NCBI GenBank assembly: GCA_001643675.2
Contig: LSRY02000020.1
Span: forward strand, 930,001 to 994,000
DNA: 64,000 bases
Direction: 5' to 3'
From: Monocercomonoides exilis PA203
Taxonomy: Eukaryota; Protista; Preaxostyla
Shown: piece after piece, positions 1 through 13,067 of the stretch
How positions within the stretch are numbered: the stretch's first letter is position 1
Layout of the letters: each line of letters opens with the position of its first letter
The notes under the pieces: model-generated
The model's input: the letters and a program-made list of their open reading frames with translations, nothing else
Databases searched by the model: none
Told to the model about the DNA's origin: nothing
Made by a program: the position numbers and the translations under genes

Positions 1-3000
1 GCCTTTCAAAGAGGAAGAGCGAACTGGAACAGAAGAAGACAACAAAGAAGAAGAGAAATGATGGGAGTATGTCAGAATGTATCTCTGGCTTTCAGTTCCA
101 GAGGAGCGTAAATGGAATGATGACTGAGAATGTGATAAATCAGACTGAGCTGGTTTTTCTTCATTTAAATCTGAATCTTTATTCTTTTGTTCTTTATCAG
201 AAATGTTAATATTCGCTTGTGCTTCTTCTTCTTCTTCCTGTTTATGACTGCTGCTCTTTTCATCAACTTGGTCTTTCATTGAATCATTTTTATGTGTTTG
301 TTTTAGATTCCCCTTCGAAAATGTCCTTTTTCTCGCCTCAATCCAGCTCATTCCATTGACGCATCTGCCCACTTTCTCTATCTCCACATGCAGTCTGCTA
401 AATGTCCCCGTCTTAAAGATGCGCATCCCGCCTTCCAAAGAACCCACAGCGAGTCTTGACGAAGAGAGGCACACGCCACTCATCCGGGGCTTGTTGTTCA
501 GCTGGTGCGAAAACAGAAGGGAAGGAGCAGAACAAGAGGGATCAGATGAAAAAGATGAAGGTGAAGAGGGTGAAGGAGATGAAGATGTTGTGGTTGAATG
601 AGAGTTTGATGCAGTTGCCCGAGCATTTGCAGATGAATTGCATGATTCTAAATCGTCTGATGCTGACTCTGATGAAATGTCCCACTGATTGACACAGCCA
701 TCATACGAAACAGAAATGAGATATTGCGATGAAGCTAAGAATGATGGGGGAAAAAAATAACGAGATATTTGAAAAATGAATTTAAATAATAGAAAAAATA
801 ATGAGTACCAATAAAAGGTTTTGAAAACAAACAATTTGTATCCTTTTCATTGCTCTTGTTTTGGTCTTGTTTCATACTTCTAATCATCTTATCTGTACCA
901 TCCTGATCTTTCCTCTCCTTTCTATCATCACTTGCATAACTTTTCCCAACTTCAACTTTTTCGTCTTCTCCACTCTCCAAGCTATTAATCCGATCTTTCG
1001 ACACGACCGAAGCCGAAGAAATCGTCAGCCCAGTCACTTTCTGTGTGTGTTTGTCCAAATGCTTAATCATCCCTCTCTGAAGCGTCCACTCCACAATCGC
1101 TCCATTGTCGCATCCAACATACACAACATCGTTTCTATTCTCGTTCTCGTTTTCGTTCTCGTTTTCTTCTTGCTCATCATCCTCAGCATCTTCATCTTCA
1201 TCACCATCTTCTCCTTCTCCTTCTCCTTCTCCTTCATCCACCTCATTCTTATCTTTTGCTTTCTCCCTTTCCGACCCACTCATCTTTCTAGCCAATGAAT
1301 ACTCCGTCTGGTTCCACAGCATGGCTGTGATGGAAGCAGAGGGAGAAACACTCACCCGATGTATTTGTGTGTATGTAAGCACGTCAAACACGCAGACTGA
1401 CCCAGCCGACGTGCCCACAAAGAGAAGAGAAGGCACCTCGCAAATGGAAGGGAAGCGTAAATGCGCTAGTGCTGGTGTGGTGTTCTGCAGGGAGTCGAAG
1501 AAAGACACAGAAGAAAGCGCGACAGAAGAGTCGGAACATTCGTCCGTCTCGTTTGGCAGTGGAATGAACGTCATCATCTGCGAGGCAGCTGGTGATGAAG
1601 TGAAATGCGATGAGGTTTGTGGGCGTTTGAGGGAAGTGCTGTGATGTGTGGTTGTATTCAGGCGGTTGCTTGAAGGAGGAGGAGGTGGTGGTGGTGGGGG
1701 GGGAGGTGGAGGTTGAAAGTGAGATAAACGATTGGGCGATGAAGTTGATTGAAGCTCTGTTTGGGAATCTAACATTGAGCGTGAAAGAGGCGGAATGGGA
1801 GCTGTGCGCTTGGTTGTTTGGGGAATGTTGGATGTCTTTTGTTCAGATGATTGTGCAACTGGTTGAGTTAGAGATGGATCACTCACAATCTCATTCTGTT
1901 GATACAAAGTGGATTTATTTGGATTCTCAACTGATTCGGTTGGTTTTGCTGTGATTTCTGATTCTTCTGCGGTTTTGTCTTTAGTTTCTGGATTCGTTTC
2001 CTTCTCTTCTTTTGCTTCGTCAGCCTCATCCCTTTCATCGCTGGCTTCACTTTCCATGGTTTCCTCTCTTTCCTCCCATTGCTCACTCCACTTCTTCTCT
2101 TCTTCTTCATTTCCTTCTTCCTCCTCAAACCCTGGCTCCTCTTTGCCCACTCTCCTCTTTCCCCAGCAGGCAGCAGTCGGGTTCAGCCCGTCCTTCAGCC
2201 TCCATCTTTTCACCAGCACGCCATTTTTCACATCGACAATCACAATTTCTCCGCTCACTGACCCCAAGCAGAGGAGTCGGCCACAGGGCGATATGACAGT
2301 CGGGCGGGAGTTCAGATAGCACGATGAAGGGAACGTGTGGAAGGACAGAAGAGACAGCAGCTGAGAGGAAGTGAAGCGATGAAGAGGATCTGAGGAAGGT
2401 TTCGGAGAAATATCGGTTGGATTTTGTTTGAGCTCCGGAGAATTAGAAGGTGAACAAGAATTACTAGATTCATCGAGAGAAATAAGAGGAGCAAGAGAAG
2501 AATTCGATAAAGACAGAAATGGATCGCCTGAATGGTCTATTAATTGTTCAGGTGTTGCAGAGTTTTTGTTTGATGAAAGAGAAGAAGACGATTTTGAAGG
2601 AGAACCTTGTGATGTGGAGTCCTTTTGAGGAAGAAATGGAATCAAAGCCTGTTGTTGTCATAAGCAGTTGATATTTTCACACATTCAAAAATAGTATCGT
2701 AATTAATCATAGAATAATGTGAGTGATAGAAAGAAAAAATTGCAAAATCAAAACATAACAAAAACAGTCTCATTCGTTCGTTTTGTGAAATTACACATCA
2801 AACGCAAAAAATTCTTTCATTTTCATTTCATTCCATTACTTTTCTTCATCTTTTTCTTTTTCTTTTTCTAATTAATTCTATCAACCCATCACATCAAATC
2901 CACACACATCCCAGTCCTGCTTCTCAAAGGCGTGCACATGGTCATCTGAGTCCACTTCTGTCAGAATGTTGTCCAGCTGAAACTTCTCGTCGAATTTGAC

Positions 3001-4560
3001 ATGTTTCGGTGAGTCCAGTTCTCTTGCTTTTAAGCTCAGCAGCGAATTCGCCTGGTGCATTCCTGTGTGAAATGCATACCGAAACAAAAGAACCCCTTTC
3101 ACTTTCATATATGCAGGCACTTTGCTTTCTCCTTCTTCATCAATCTCTATTTCCTTCTCAGTGTGGGAGTAGCTGTTGTGTGAATGGGATACTGCTGAAA
3201 CGGCTGATGATGATGAAGACAAAACTTGTGTGTTTGAATGAGCTGGCTCGCCTGCTGGAATTGTAACTGGGTGTCTCATCGATGATGCTGGTGAGTAGCT
3301 CATTCCTGCTCCTTCGTATGGAGGTGGAGGCTGTGGTGGTGTGGAAGTGTGACTTGCCAATGAATTGGATGTAGAGATGGCTGAGGGATGAGAAGATGCA
3401 GCGGGAGATGAAGAAGCCAGTGGCGATGTTGAAGGGGTTTGACCAGAAGATGCTGTTAGTTGAGTGTTTGGATAATGGAAGAACTCAATCAGCACATCTC
3501 CATAGAGCACAACATCGCAGCGGAGCAGGATCGCTCCGTCTGGTTTTGTGTAGTATTGAGGTGGCTGTTTATACGGGCATCCAGTCAAAGGATCGATTCT
3601 CGAGTCGAACACTCTTTTGTTCTGAAGAGAAATACAGAAATACGGGCAAATTCCTCCGTGTTTGTCAGCTTTGGGAATTGAGTGAAATATGATTGACTTC
3701 AGCTAAAAAGTAGAATAATGGTAAATTGGTTGATTATTTATGAACAAAACAAAAACACAGCGATAATTAAAAGACATTATGGAAAAAAAATGATGAAAAT
3801 ATAATTTAATATTTTGATCTTATTCAAAAGATTAGCAACACTCACAAACTTTTATGGGCTCGTGAGAGGGATAAATATCACGGTTAACAATCTTTGCGAA
3901 ATACTCAACATATCGCCTTTGAGAAGGAACAGCAACTCCACCACCTAAATTGTGGGCTCGTTTAGCTGCAAAATAGTTCATTGCATCCCCAGCATTTCGA
4001 TACATTCCGGTGTATAAAAAATAACAACTTACTGCAACTCCTGTTCTACCCTTTCCAGCCTAATTGGAATTTAAATTTTTAAAAAAAATTCTCTAAAAGT
4101 AACTTCAAACTTTACAATGGATTGCTACAACATTCTTTGCATTACTGTCAAGCCATGATTTAACATATTTACAAATGATAAACAATTGATGAAGCTCTGG
4201 TGGATGATGATCAGGGAATCCAAAATCTAAAACATTTCCATGAAATTTCTCGTAATCGTAAGGAATTTGAGATAAATTTACAATAAGGTAATGGTCTTTA
4301 TGATGTTCGTCAAAGAAATTTGCGACATCATCAAGTCTATTTCGATACAGACTTTGAATTCCTTCAGATGGAAGGCCCATTGCTATTCAAATTATTTTAT
4401 GTTTTTTGTTTCATAACGTGATAAGAAAGAAAAAATCATTCAAGTACTGCAAACCAATTATCCTGTTTGTAATATATGTCAAGTCCAGATCATATTTTTC
4501 ATCATGAAACCGTACACGATTCCCAGAAACAAGTTTCCTTATTGAAGCTGTTAATGACAT
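1..4560 (-). CDS. PTEN: PTEN-like lipid/protein phosphatase + C2 domain fused to a long Ser-rich/poly-Pro, WD40-repeat C-terminal region (multi-exon; 3' end runs off the window start)
   Basis: ATG at 4560 gives MSLTASIRKLVSGNRVRFHDEKYDLDLTYITNRII; after a GT-AG intron (4454-4383) comes AMGLPSEGIQSLYRNRLDDV...FPDHHPP...VAIHCK; after intron 4110-4060 comes AGKGRTG...VAVPSQRRYVEYF. This is the HCKAGKGRTG PTEN P-loop. ORF 2881-3612 has C2-like GDVLIEFFH and LFRYAFHT. A phase-0 intron joins ...QDWD to ALIPFLPQ (2648). Downstream WD40-like motifs include LFVGTSAGSVCVFDV, VYVGCDNGAIVEW, LISVSYDGCVNQWD and LAVGSLEGGMRIF. Confidence 0.88.
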
Positions 4561-4849
4561 TTATCGATACTATTTGAATAATGTGTAGCAACAAAAATTT
4601 TAATTAGTCTTTTACTTCAACTTAAAAACCACAACAAATGATTTCAAAAAAAGTTGACATATTGTTTGATCTTTTTCAAAATGACTATTCATTAAATCAT
4701 TTATATGTGATGCAAATGTTAACAACTTGAATTTGTTCTGATTTATAAATTCTGTGATTCTTTCAAAAATAATAAAGGTATTCAGGAAAGAAATGGATGT
4801 TTCCTGATATATTTGTTTGTAATTTACCGTGTAATGCTTTCTACGATAG

Positions 4850-7800
4850 GACGATATTTTGATATCGGGAATTTAGAAAGAGAGCAAGCACGTTTCGCTG
4901 ACCTTCATGCAGACCTTCAAGAAGAACTTTTTTCTGCATCTGAGGCTTGTACAAAGTTAAGCAAACTAAAGAAGACAATGGTTCGAGAAGGAAATCAAAT
5001 TTATTTTATTGGTACAGATGTCAGCTGTCATGAAACAGAAGGTTTGTGACTTTAATCATGTAAATTGGAAGTTTTGACAAAGTTTTCCAGGTGTCATTCA
5101 TGTTAAATTAAATGATGGTAAAGTGAGCACTCTTAGGAGGCAATTAGATTTAACAACAAATGATTCGGTTATGAGTTCTGTGAAGGAAACCACTCTCATT
5201 TTACGTCAACTTGTCGAAATACTATCCCGTTCAATTGTTTTGACACGGCAATCATATGAAGGCATGGAATATTCTAAGTATCATATCGTTGCATTTATGT
5301 TTTGTTTTGTTGCAGATGTTATTGGTCGTTTATTGTCCCAATTTCATGAAGTCCTTTCTTCTGATGATCCCACTACATATCTCTCGATGGATGCCCCTGC
5401 GCCTGCACAGGAAAGGGGATATCGCACAATCATCAGACCTGAAGGGTTTCCATTGGATCGTTCGCCTGGAGAAGGTGTTCTTGTGGAGCCGTTTCCTGCT
5501 CTTGGAATGATGGTGTATCTTGTTCCACGTTCGGCTCAGCGGGATAACGGGACCAATCAGCAGCGACTCGAGAAGGAGCTTCGCATCGGAACAGAAATCG
5601 TCCAGGTTCTTAATGAGTTGATGGAGCTTATGCTGACACACGTGAGGTGGATGAAAGAAACACAGCCTTTACCATCAGATGGATCGAACATCCGCACAGA
5701 GCTGAGTTCGCCTTTGTGGCGGAGGCTGTGGAAGAAGTTCTCGCGCTTCATTATTCGGGTGATGCCGTCAGTTCTGAGAGGAGCAGGTGCAGTTTCGACA
5801 TTTGGAATCATGGTGTGTCTGATGTTCATTAATTACTATTTCCATGTATAATTATTTATCAATGCGTATATTGAACATACACAATTTAACTTTCCATTTA
5901 TATGAATTAAATGTGTTAAACACACTCAACTTTGTTCAGATAAGTGTTACTCTGCTATTCTTCCTTCCGACTGCAGGGACGGTGTCGTTTGCGGTGACGT
6001 CGCTGTGCATGCTGCTGTCGTCGTTCTACCCGGCGGCGCTGCATCGGAAGGAGCAGCGGGAGGGCGAGTGGGAGGCGTCGACGGAGGACCTGTCGCTGCG
6101 GGAGAGCTTCCGGGAGTGCGAGAAGGAGCTGATGGGGATAGCAGCCGCAGCAAAGCGGCTGGAGAGGGCAGAGAAGACGAAGCAGGGTGTGATTGTTCTG
6201 ATGCTGATAATAATAATAATATCAATAAATTTTCATTTCCTGTTTTTTTTTCAGGAGGAGACAGGCGGTTTGAAGAGGCAGAGCACACGATTGTGTCGGA
6301 GATGGTGAGTGCGTTTGGGTCGGTGCTGTCGTCAGCATCGTCGTCGGTTCTGAAGTTCGACTCGTCGCTTGCGCTGAACTCGCTGCGTGCACAGAACGAG
6401 GCGCTGAGGCGAGCAGGGCAGGCAAAGAGAGAAAGAGAGAAGAAGAGAGGAAGGGGAGAGAGCAGATATCCAGTCAGCGATGAGAACATCCATGTGTTTG
6501 GGCAAAGTGACGATGATGAAAGTGATGATGATGATGATGATGAAGGAAGAGTTGGGAACGATAATGTGGGGGATGAGATGGATCTTGTTTTCCACCCATC
6601 GGCTGTTGCTCCACCATACACCCCAACACCTTCATCCTCTTCATCCTCTTCATCATCAACATCAATTTCGCCTTCAACCACAGACAACACAGTTTCTGCT
6701 GCTGGTGGTGCCCAGTTTCCGCCTTATCCTTCGTTTGGGGAGACTCCGCCTCCTGCGTATCTTCCCACTCAGCTTCCCTCTCCCTCCCTTTCTCTTCCTC
6801 AGCACCCGACATATGAGCAAGACATCCTGAATGCTCGTCTGCTTCCTTCCTCTTCTGCCACTTCTACGTCGGAAGGCACAACAGATTCAACAAGTTCAGC
6901 TTCAATGGCAGCACAGCCAGAACATCAACAGCAGGCAGAGGGTGTGTTTGGAGAGGAGAACGAAGGGTTGCAGCCGATTCAGAATGTGATCCAGAACACA
7001 GAGAACGGAGCAGATGGTGAGACAGAGGGAGAAAGAGAGAGGGAAAGGGAGCAAGCGACAGAGCTGAGGATGGACAACTTTGTGGCGATGCATGTGCTGG
7101 AAGGGGCAGGAGGGGCGGAGGTGCCGGCGCTGCTGTTCCAGACGCAGCCTCCACACCCGCTGCACCCGCCACGGCTGCTGCGGCGGTTTGGGTCGTCGTA
7201 CCCGCCTCAGGCGTCGGAAGGAACACAAACAGGGAAGAGGATGTGCCGACGCTGGCGCCTCTGCTGGCGACGCTGCGGCGGCTGCTGGCGGTTGCACAGA
7301 AGTACACGGAGGCAGTGCAGATGGACACGCAGCGGGACTACGACGAGGTGCGCCACGGGATGCAGTTTGTGTGCTTCTGCTGGGAAAAGCCCTTTGGCGA
7401 CGACCCTTCCTCAGCCAGCACACCCTCTGCATCTTCCTCGGTTGTCCCTTCGGCTGTCCCTTCTGCTTCTGTTTCTTCGTCCACCCAGCCATCTCCCCGC
7501 TCTTCCATTCCTTTCTATCCGTCATCTGATTCTGCTTCTTCCTCTTCCTCTTCATCTTCATCTTCATCATCTTCGGCAATGCGCAAGCGCCGGCGCCCCC
7601 ATCCGCCCCGCCACCGGCATGCAGTGACAGTCGAGTTTGCGCGGTTCTTTGGGGATGTGCATGTGTTCCATCGAGACTGCCTGGCAGAGTGGCTGGAGCA
7701 GAGGAGCGGGGTGCATCTTCCGCATGCAGGCGAGGCGATGCACGAGGAGGATGCCAAAAAGCGTGTGAGCTGCCCGGTTTGCAGAAGGACGTTCAGAAGC

Positions 7801-7872
7801 GAAAAGATAGTCGTGTGGACTGCAAATGCGCCGTGGAATGACGATGCAGAAGAGAGCTACATCGTTTATTGA
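4850..7872 (+). CDS. Multi-exon membrane-associated protein with a C-terminal degenerate RING-H2-like zinc finger; this copy has an apparent 1-bp frameshift at ~7235 and its 5' end is uncertain
   Basis: Exons joined by GT-AG introns (~5042-5090, ~5813-5939, 6187-6254). Hydrophobic segment GAGAVSTFGIM/ISVTLLFFLPTAGTVSFAVTSLCMLL. C-terminus FVCFCWE...GDVHVFHRDCLAEWL...SCPVCRR. The left copy reads gggaagagg versus gggaaagagg in the inverted copy, which breaks the frame before the RING. Confidence 0.65.
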
Positions 7873-8117
7873 ACAAATGCAACTTATCTTTCGCATCATT
7901 CGTTTTTCATTCGTCTCATCAATTTTAAAAAAAATAGGCCGTATATCCGCAAAAAAAAAAAAAAAATAACTCTCGGGATTTTTCAAAAAATTTTTATGCT
8001 AATAATATTCATTTATCGAAAAACCAAATGATAAAAATAATAAAAAATTATAAAATTCTGTATGTGTTGAATCTGCTTAGCATATATATATAGATGATTG
8101 AATAAATAGAATGCAGA

Positions 8118-8909
8118 TCAATAAAGAGATTTCTTGTGCCGAGCAGTCGGGATAAGTGAATAAAATTTGAAAAAGAATGCAAGTAGAAGTACAACTATGA
8201 AAATAATAGGAAACGAAAACATCTTCAATTTGCAGTCCACTTGCACTAAGTCATAGGCTCCGTTATTGCGGAGTTTCTCTAAATCTGAAAAGGCGTTCTC
8301 CCTGTTTGTGCAGTCAATTTTCAGATGTGTAAAACGGTTCGCAATAGGTTTTACAATAATCTTTTCTTTTTTGTCGTTTTGAGATGTGAATTGCAACATT
8401 TTGTTCTGTGTCATTTGAAATGGTTCATTGCGTTGCTCTGCGGCGATGGACTTCATCAACGCAGAATGAGCGCGTGCAACAACAACTCCATTAAATGGAT
8501 AGTTTCCTTGTTCTGTAATCCTACTCGTCCACAAACAATCAGCACCTTCTTTATTTGCTTCGTCTACAAGTGATTGAACAAGTTTCTTATTTCGCACAAA
8601 CACATTTTGGTCGATCCAAACTCCACCATACTTTTCGAGAATAAGTGGCTGCAATACCATTGACTGCATTGTAAAATTAAGTGAATCAAAATCACGAGGT
8701 AATTCTGGCTGTCCTGCATAGAATGGAAGGGATTGTTTGTTAAACATGATGACAGGAATAGGTGAAAGTTCTTTTGCTGTTTTCTGAAGGAGATGCTCCA
8801 TAGATGGCTGCATTTCCACATTCGTATATGTGTAAACTTTGGTTGGAATTATTTGATTTGACAAAACAAAAAGTGTCGTGAAAAATACAGGGACAAAAGC
8901 CAGAAACAT
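8118..8909 (-). CDS. Glycosyltransferase family 32 / capsular-polysaccharide-synthesis-like protein, intronless, with N-terminal signal and C-terminal TM (copy 1)
   Basis: MFLAFVPVFFTTLFVLS signal-like start (ATG 8909); IPTKVYTY; ILEKYGGVWIDQNVF resembles the L.KYGG.W/Y.D.D motif of GT32/Caps_synth; NGVVVARAHSALMK; hydrophobic C-terminal FSFPIIFIVVLLLAFFF. Confidence 0.7.
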   Translation of the reverse strand: MFLAFVPVFFTTLFVLSNQIIPTKVYTYTNVEMQPSMEHLLQKTAKELSPIPVIMFNKQSLPFYAGQPELPRDFDSLNFTMQSMVLQPLILEKYGGVWIDQNVFVRNKKLVQSLVDEANKEGADCLWTSRITEQGNYPFNGVVVARAHSALMKSIAAEQRNEPFQMTQNKMLQFTSQNDKKEKIIVKPIANRFTHLKIDCTNRENAFSDLEKLRNNGAYDLVQVDCKLKMFSFPIIFIVVLLLAFFFKFYSLIPTARHKKSLY

Positions 8910-8973
8910 TTGTCTCAAAAAATTATCAAAAAAGAATAATGGGAAATGATGAAATGTTTGGATAATATAGGTT

Positions 8974-9843
8974 TTAATCAAAGAAAAATGAAATATCTAC
9001 TTTGGAATTTTGCATCCAAGCGTCATAATCCTTGGCTAAATGGCCCATGTCCAGAGCACGCCGTCCAGCTTTTACAAGATCATAAGCAAGAACCTTTGAC
9101 AGTGGGCCAACTGCCAAAATAAATAGATTGGACGGATCTTCTTTAAGTAAAGTGCTTTTAATGTTTTCATATTCTGACCAAACTTGCTTTGATGGAGCGA
9201 AGAAGACCTTTTGCGAGCGTGCGGTGTCATAAATGTCGTATTTGTACACTTGGCTGTTATTTCCTCGAACAATAACAACGTCTTTTCCTCTCCATATATC
9301 TCGCAATGCAGAGTACACTTGGGGGAGTAACTCGCAGTATGTTCCTGAAGTGGATACATAAGGGCTAGTGATGTGAGCCGCGAAATATTGGCGATCCATT
9401 CTGATGTGATCCATTAGCCACTGCCGAAATTCATTCCAGCCATTCCAAAACATAATATCTCGCTCACTCATCGGTGGAAACCATGAAAATACATCTGGTA
9501 TTCCAATTAGCAAGTCAGGAAGCTCATCTACAAATACTTGCTCAAGTCTTTTCCCAAGTTCAGGATTTGGGTCTTGGAATGGGAGTTTTTGGTTTAGAAT
9601 AAGTGCAACTTCACCGTCTCCAAATCGTGCAAGACTTTTATTTGTCAAAGAGAGATATTGTGCTGTCTCTAGAACTCTAGTCACTCGAGGAGCTTGCTGT
9701 TTTACACATTTTTGGTACTTGGGGGTAGGTGGGGGACAGGGATGGCACTTTGTGCAGTAAAGGGGAAGAAGATATGACTTAATAAGAAAGAAGCTGGCTA
9801 TAACGCACAATACCGCCGCCACAATCCTCTTCCGAATCTTCAT
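8974..9843 (-). CDS. GT-D fold (DUF1792-type) glycosyltransferase with N-terminal type II membrane anchor, intronless (copy 1)
   Basis: KSLARFGDGEV...PFQ..NPELGKRL...LLIGIP...IWRGKDVVIV...LFILAVGP..KVLAYDL.K.G.RALDMGHL is the motif series of DUF1792/GT-D proteins. N-terminal anchor KIRKRIVAAVLCVIASFFLI. Confidence 0.85.
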   Translation of the reverse strand: MKIRKRIVAAVLCVIASFFLIKSYLLPLYCTKCHPCPPPTPKYQKCVKQQAPRVTRVLETAQYLSLTNKSLARFGDGEVALILNQKLPFQDPNPELGKRLEQVFVDELPDLLIGIPDVFSWFPPMSERDIMFWNGWNEFRQWLMDHIRMDRQYFAAHITSPYVSTSGTYCELLPQVYSALRDIWRGKDVVIVRGNNSQVYKYDIYDTARSQKVFFAPSKQVWSEYENIKSTLLKEDPSNLFILAVGPLSKVLAYDLVKAGRRALDMGHLAKDYDAWMQNSKVDISFFFD

Positions 9844-10239
9844 TTTTTCAAACAGTCCTTACCGGAATTTCCCAAAAGAAAAGTGATGGACAGATCAAAA
9901 TACTAATTTTTCTTCTTGCGAAGTTTTTCCAACGAAAAATTCAATAATAAGACTTTCAATTTTTTATTTTTTATATATATCTTTTGTTAGAAAACTGTCT
10001 GATTTTGTTTTTATTTAAGATATTTTGTTCAGACCTTGCTGTTAATGAAATGTGAATAATATTGTTTAATTCAAATGATCTCGTTTTTATCCAAAATGAA
10101 GTAGATTAACTTCAAATTAACTAAGATTTTTTCAGATAAATTTTATTTGTTCAGAATAAAGTGAAATTCTGCTGAAAAAAAGAAAAATTAATAAACAAAG
10201 CTAAAAAAATTATATTTTTATGATTATTTTACAAATTAT

Positions 10240-10292
<53 letters not shown>

Positions 10293-12614
10293 CGGAGTGT
10301 GGATAATTAAAAAATTTTTTTAATAATTGGGTTGTTATTTCATGTTGAAGTGTTCAATGCATTGAAATTAACATTAAAATAAATGTTTGAGACAAACAAA
10401 AGACAATAAACTCTTCAAATAATGTTATCCTTTAAGGTTCATTTTCTGACTTTATTAAATAAAAATTCAAACCGAATTTTTTGATAGAAAAAATGCAGTT
10501 ATAAAAATAATCACCTTTTTATTTAATATTTTCCATTACAAATGTTTGTGATTGTGAATGAAAAAAATTTTTTTGATAATTTTATAAATAAAAAGCGAAT
10601 TATTTAAACACATATTATTGTTCAAAGTTGGGAAACCAATTATTCGATTCAGGAAAAAAAATAACTATTCAAAAAGAATTCTCAAAATGAGAATTTCCTT
10701 ATAAATAATTTCCTTTCTGTTACTAATTTTTCATTATTCCATTTTTTATTCAAATTTGGAAACTTTTGATTCAAAAATAATCAATTTGAGTAGTTTTTAA
10801 AAAAACCTTTTTTGAGAAAAGTTGGTTATTAATCGAGTGCCAGAAAGTGCTCATTTTGTTAAATTTTATCAATGTTTGTGAAAAGGACGAAATTTTGAAC
10901 CTCTATTTATATTATTTGTCAATAAATATCAAAATGCATGCCTTTTCAGAAAATAATCGTTAAATATGAAATCGAAGGACTCTTAAATGGTTTTTGTTCA
11001 AACAATTGATTCATGTTCCAATCAATGTTATTAGTACAATTTTTTGAAATTTCATTCAGCTAAATGAAATGTCATTTTATTTATTTTTTCAAACGCATTC
11101 AATTTTGATAAATTAAAATTTTCAATTGTTTCCAACATCAAAAACTGAAATAAATAATATTGAAAAAATTGAATATATGACATAGCAGATCTATCACTCT
11201 TTTTAAAATACAGGTTGTGCAAAAAAATACATTTATCGCAAAAAATACCGGGCAATATCGATTTCACAATAAATGCAAGAGGAATAATTCTGTTAATTTT
11301 CCTCAAAATATATCTCATTAATACAAATTCATTTTGCTAAATTTTTTTGAAAACTTCATTTTGATTAATTATCAAATAAAACAAATTTTTCAAATTTATA
11401 TCATGTTTCTGTTGCTACTAATAAAACTTCACTGAAATGAAAATAATAACATAGCAAAGGTTCTGTTTCCATTTCAGTGAAGTTTTATTAGTAGCAACAG
11501 AAACATGATATAAATTTGAAAAATTTGTTTTATTTGATAATTAATCAAAATGAAGTTTTCAAAAAAATTTAGCAAAATGAATTTGTATTAATGAGATATA
11601 TTTTGAGGAAAATTAACAGAATTATTCCTCTTGCATTTATTGTGAAATCGATATTGCCCGGTATTTTTTGCGATAAATGTATTTTTTTGCACAACCTGTA
11701 TTTTAAAAAGAGTGATAGATCTGCTATGTCATATATTCAATTTTTTCAATATTATTTATTTCAGTTTTTGATGTTGGAAACAATTGAAAATTTTAATTTA
11801 TCAAAATTGAATGCGTTTGAAAAAATAAATAAAATGACATTTCATTTAGCTGAATGAAATTTCAAAAAATTGTACTAATAACATTGATTGGAACATGAAT
11901 CAATTGTTTGAACAAAAACCATTTAAGAGTCCTTCGATTTCATATTTAACGATTATTTTCTGAAAAGGCATGCATTTTGATATTTATTGACAAATAATAT
12001 AAATAGAGGTTCAAAATTTCGTCCTTTTCACAAACATTGATAAAATTTAACAAAATGAGCACTTTCTGGCACTCGATTAATAACCAACTTTTCTCAAAAA
12101 AAGTTTTTTTAAAAACTACTCAAATTGATTATTTTTGAATCAAAAGTTTCCAAATTTGAATAAAAAATGGAATAATGAAAAATTAGTAACAGAAAGGAAA
12201 TTATTTATAAGGAAATTCTCATTTTGAGAATTCTTTTTGAATAGTTATTTTTTTTCCTGAATCGAATAATTGGTTTCCCAACTTTGAACAATAATATGTG
12301 TTTAAATAATTCGCTTTTTATTTATAAAATTATCAAAAAAATTTTTTTCATTCACAATCACAAACATTTGTAATGGAAAATATTAAATAAAAAGGTGATT
12401 ATTTTTATAACTGCATTTTTTCTATCAAAAAATTCGGTTTGAATTTTTATTTAATAAAGTCAGAAAATGAACCTTAAAGGATAACATTATTTGAAGAGTT
12501 TATTGTCTTTTGTTTGTCTCAAACATTTATTTTAATGTTAATTTCAATGCATTGAACACTTCAACATGAAATAACAACCCAATTATTAAAAAAATTTTTT
12601 AATTATCCACACTC

Positions 12615-12667
<53 letters not shown>

Positions 12668-13067
12668 ATAATTTGTAAAATAATCATAAAAATATAATTT
12701 TTTAGCTTTGTTTATTAATTTTTCTTTTTTTCAGCAGAATTTCACTTTATTCTGAACAAATAAAATTTATCTGAAAAAATCTTAGTTAATTTGAAGTTAA
12801 TCTACTTCATTTTGGATAAAAACGAGATCATTTGAATTAAACAATATTATTCACATTTCATTAACAGCAAGGTCTGAACAAAATATCTTAAATAAAAACA
12901 AAATCAGACAGTTTTCTAACAAAAGAATATATATTTAAAAAATAAAAAAATTGAAAGTCTTATTATTGAATTTTTCGTTGGAAAAACTTCGCAAGAAGAA
13001 AAATTAGTATTTTGATCTGTCCATCACTTTTCTTTTGGGAAATTCCGGTAAGGACTGTTTGAAAAAA

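Noticed and set aside
11052-11857. 88-aa ORF pair flanking the palindrome centre
   Set aside because: Very AT-rich with no recognisable motif; it is duplicated only because of the palindrome.
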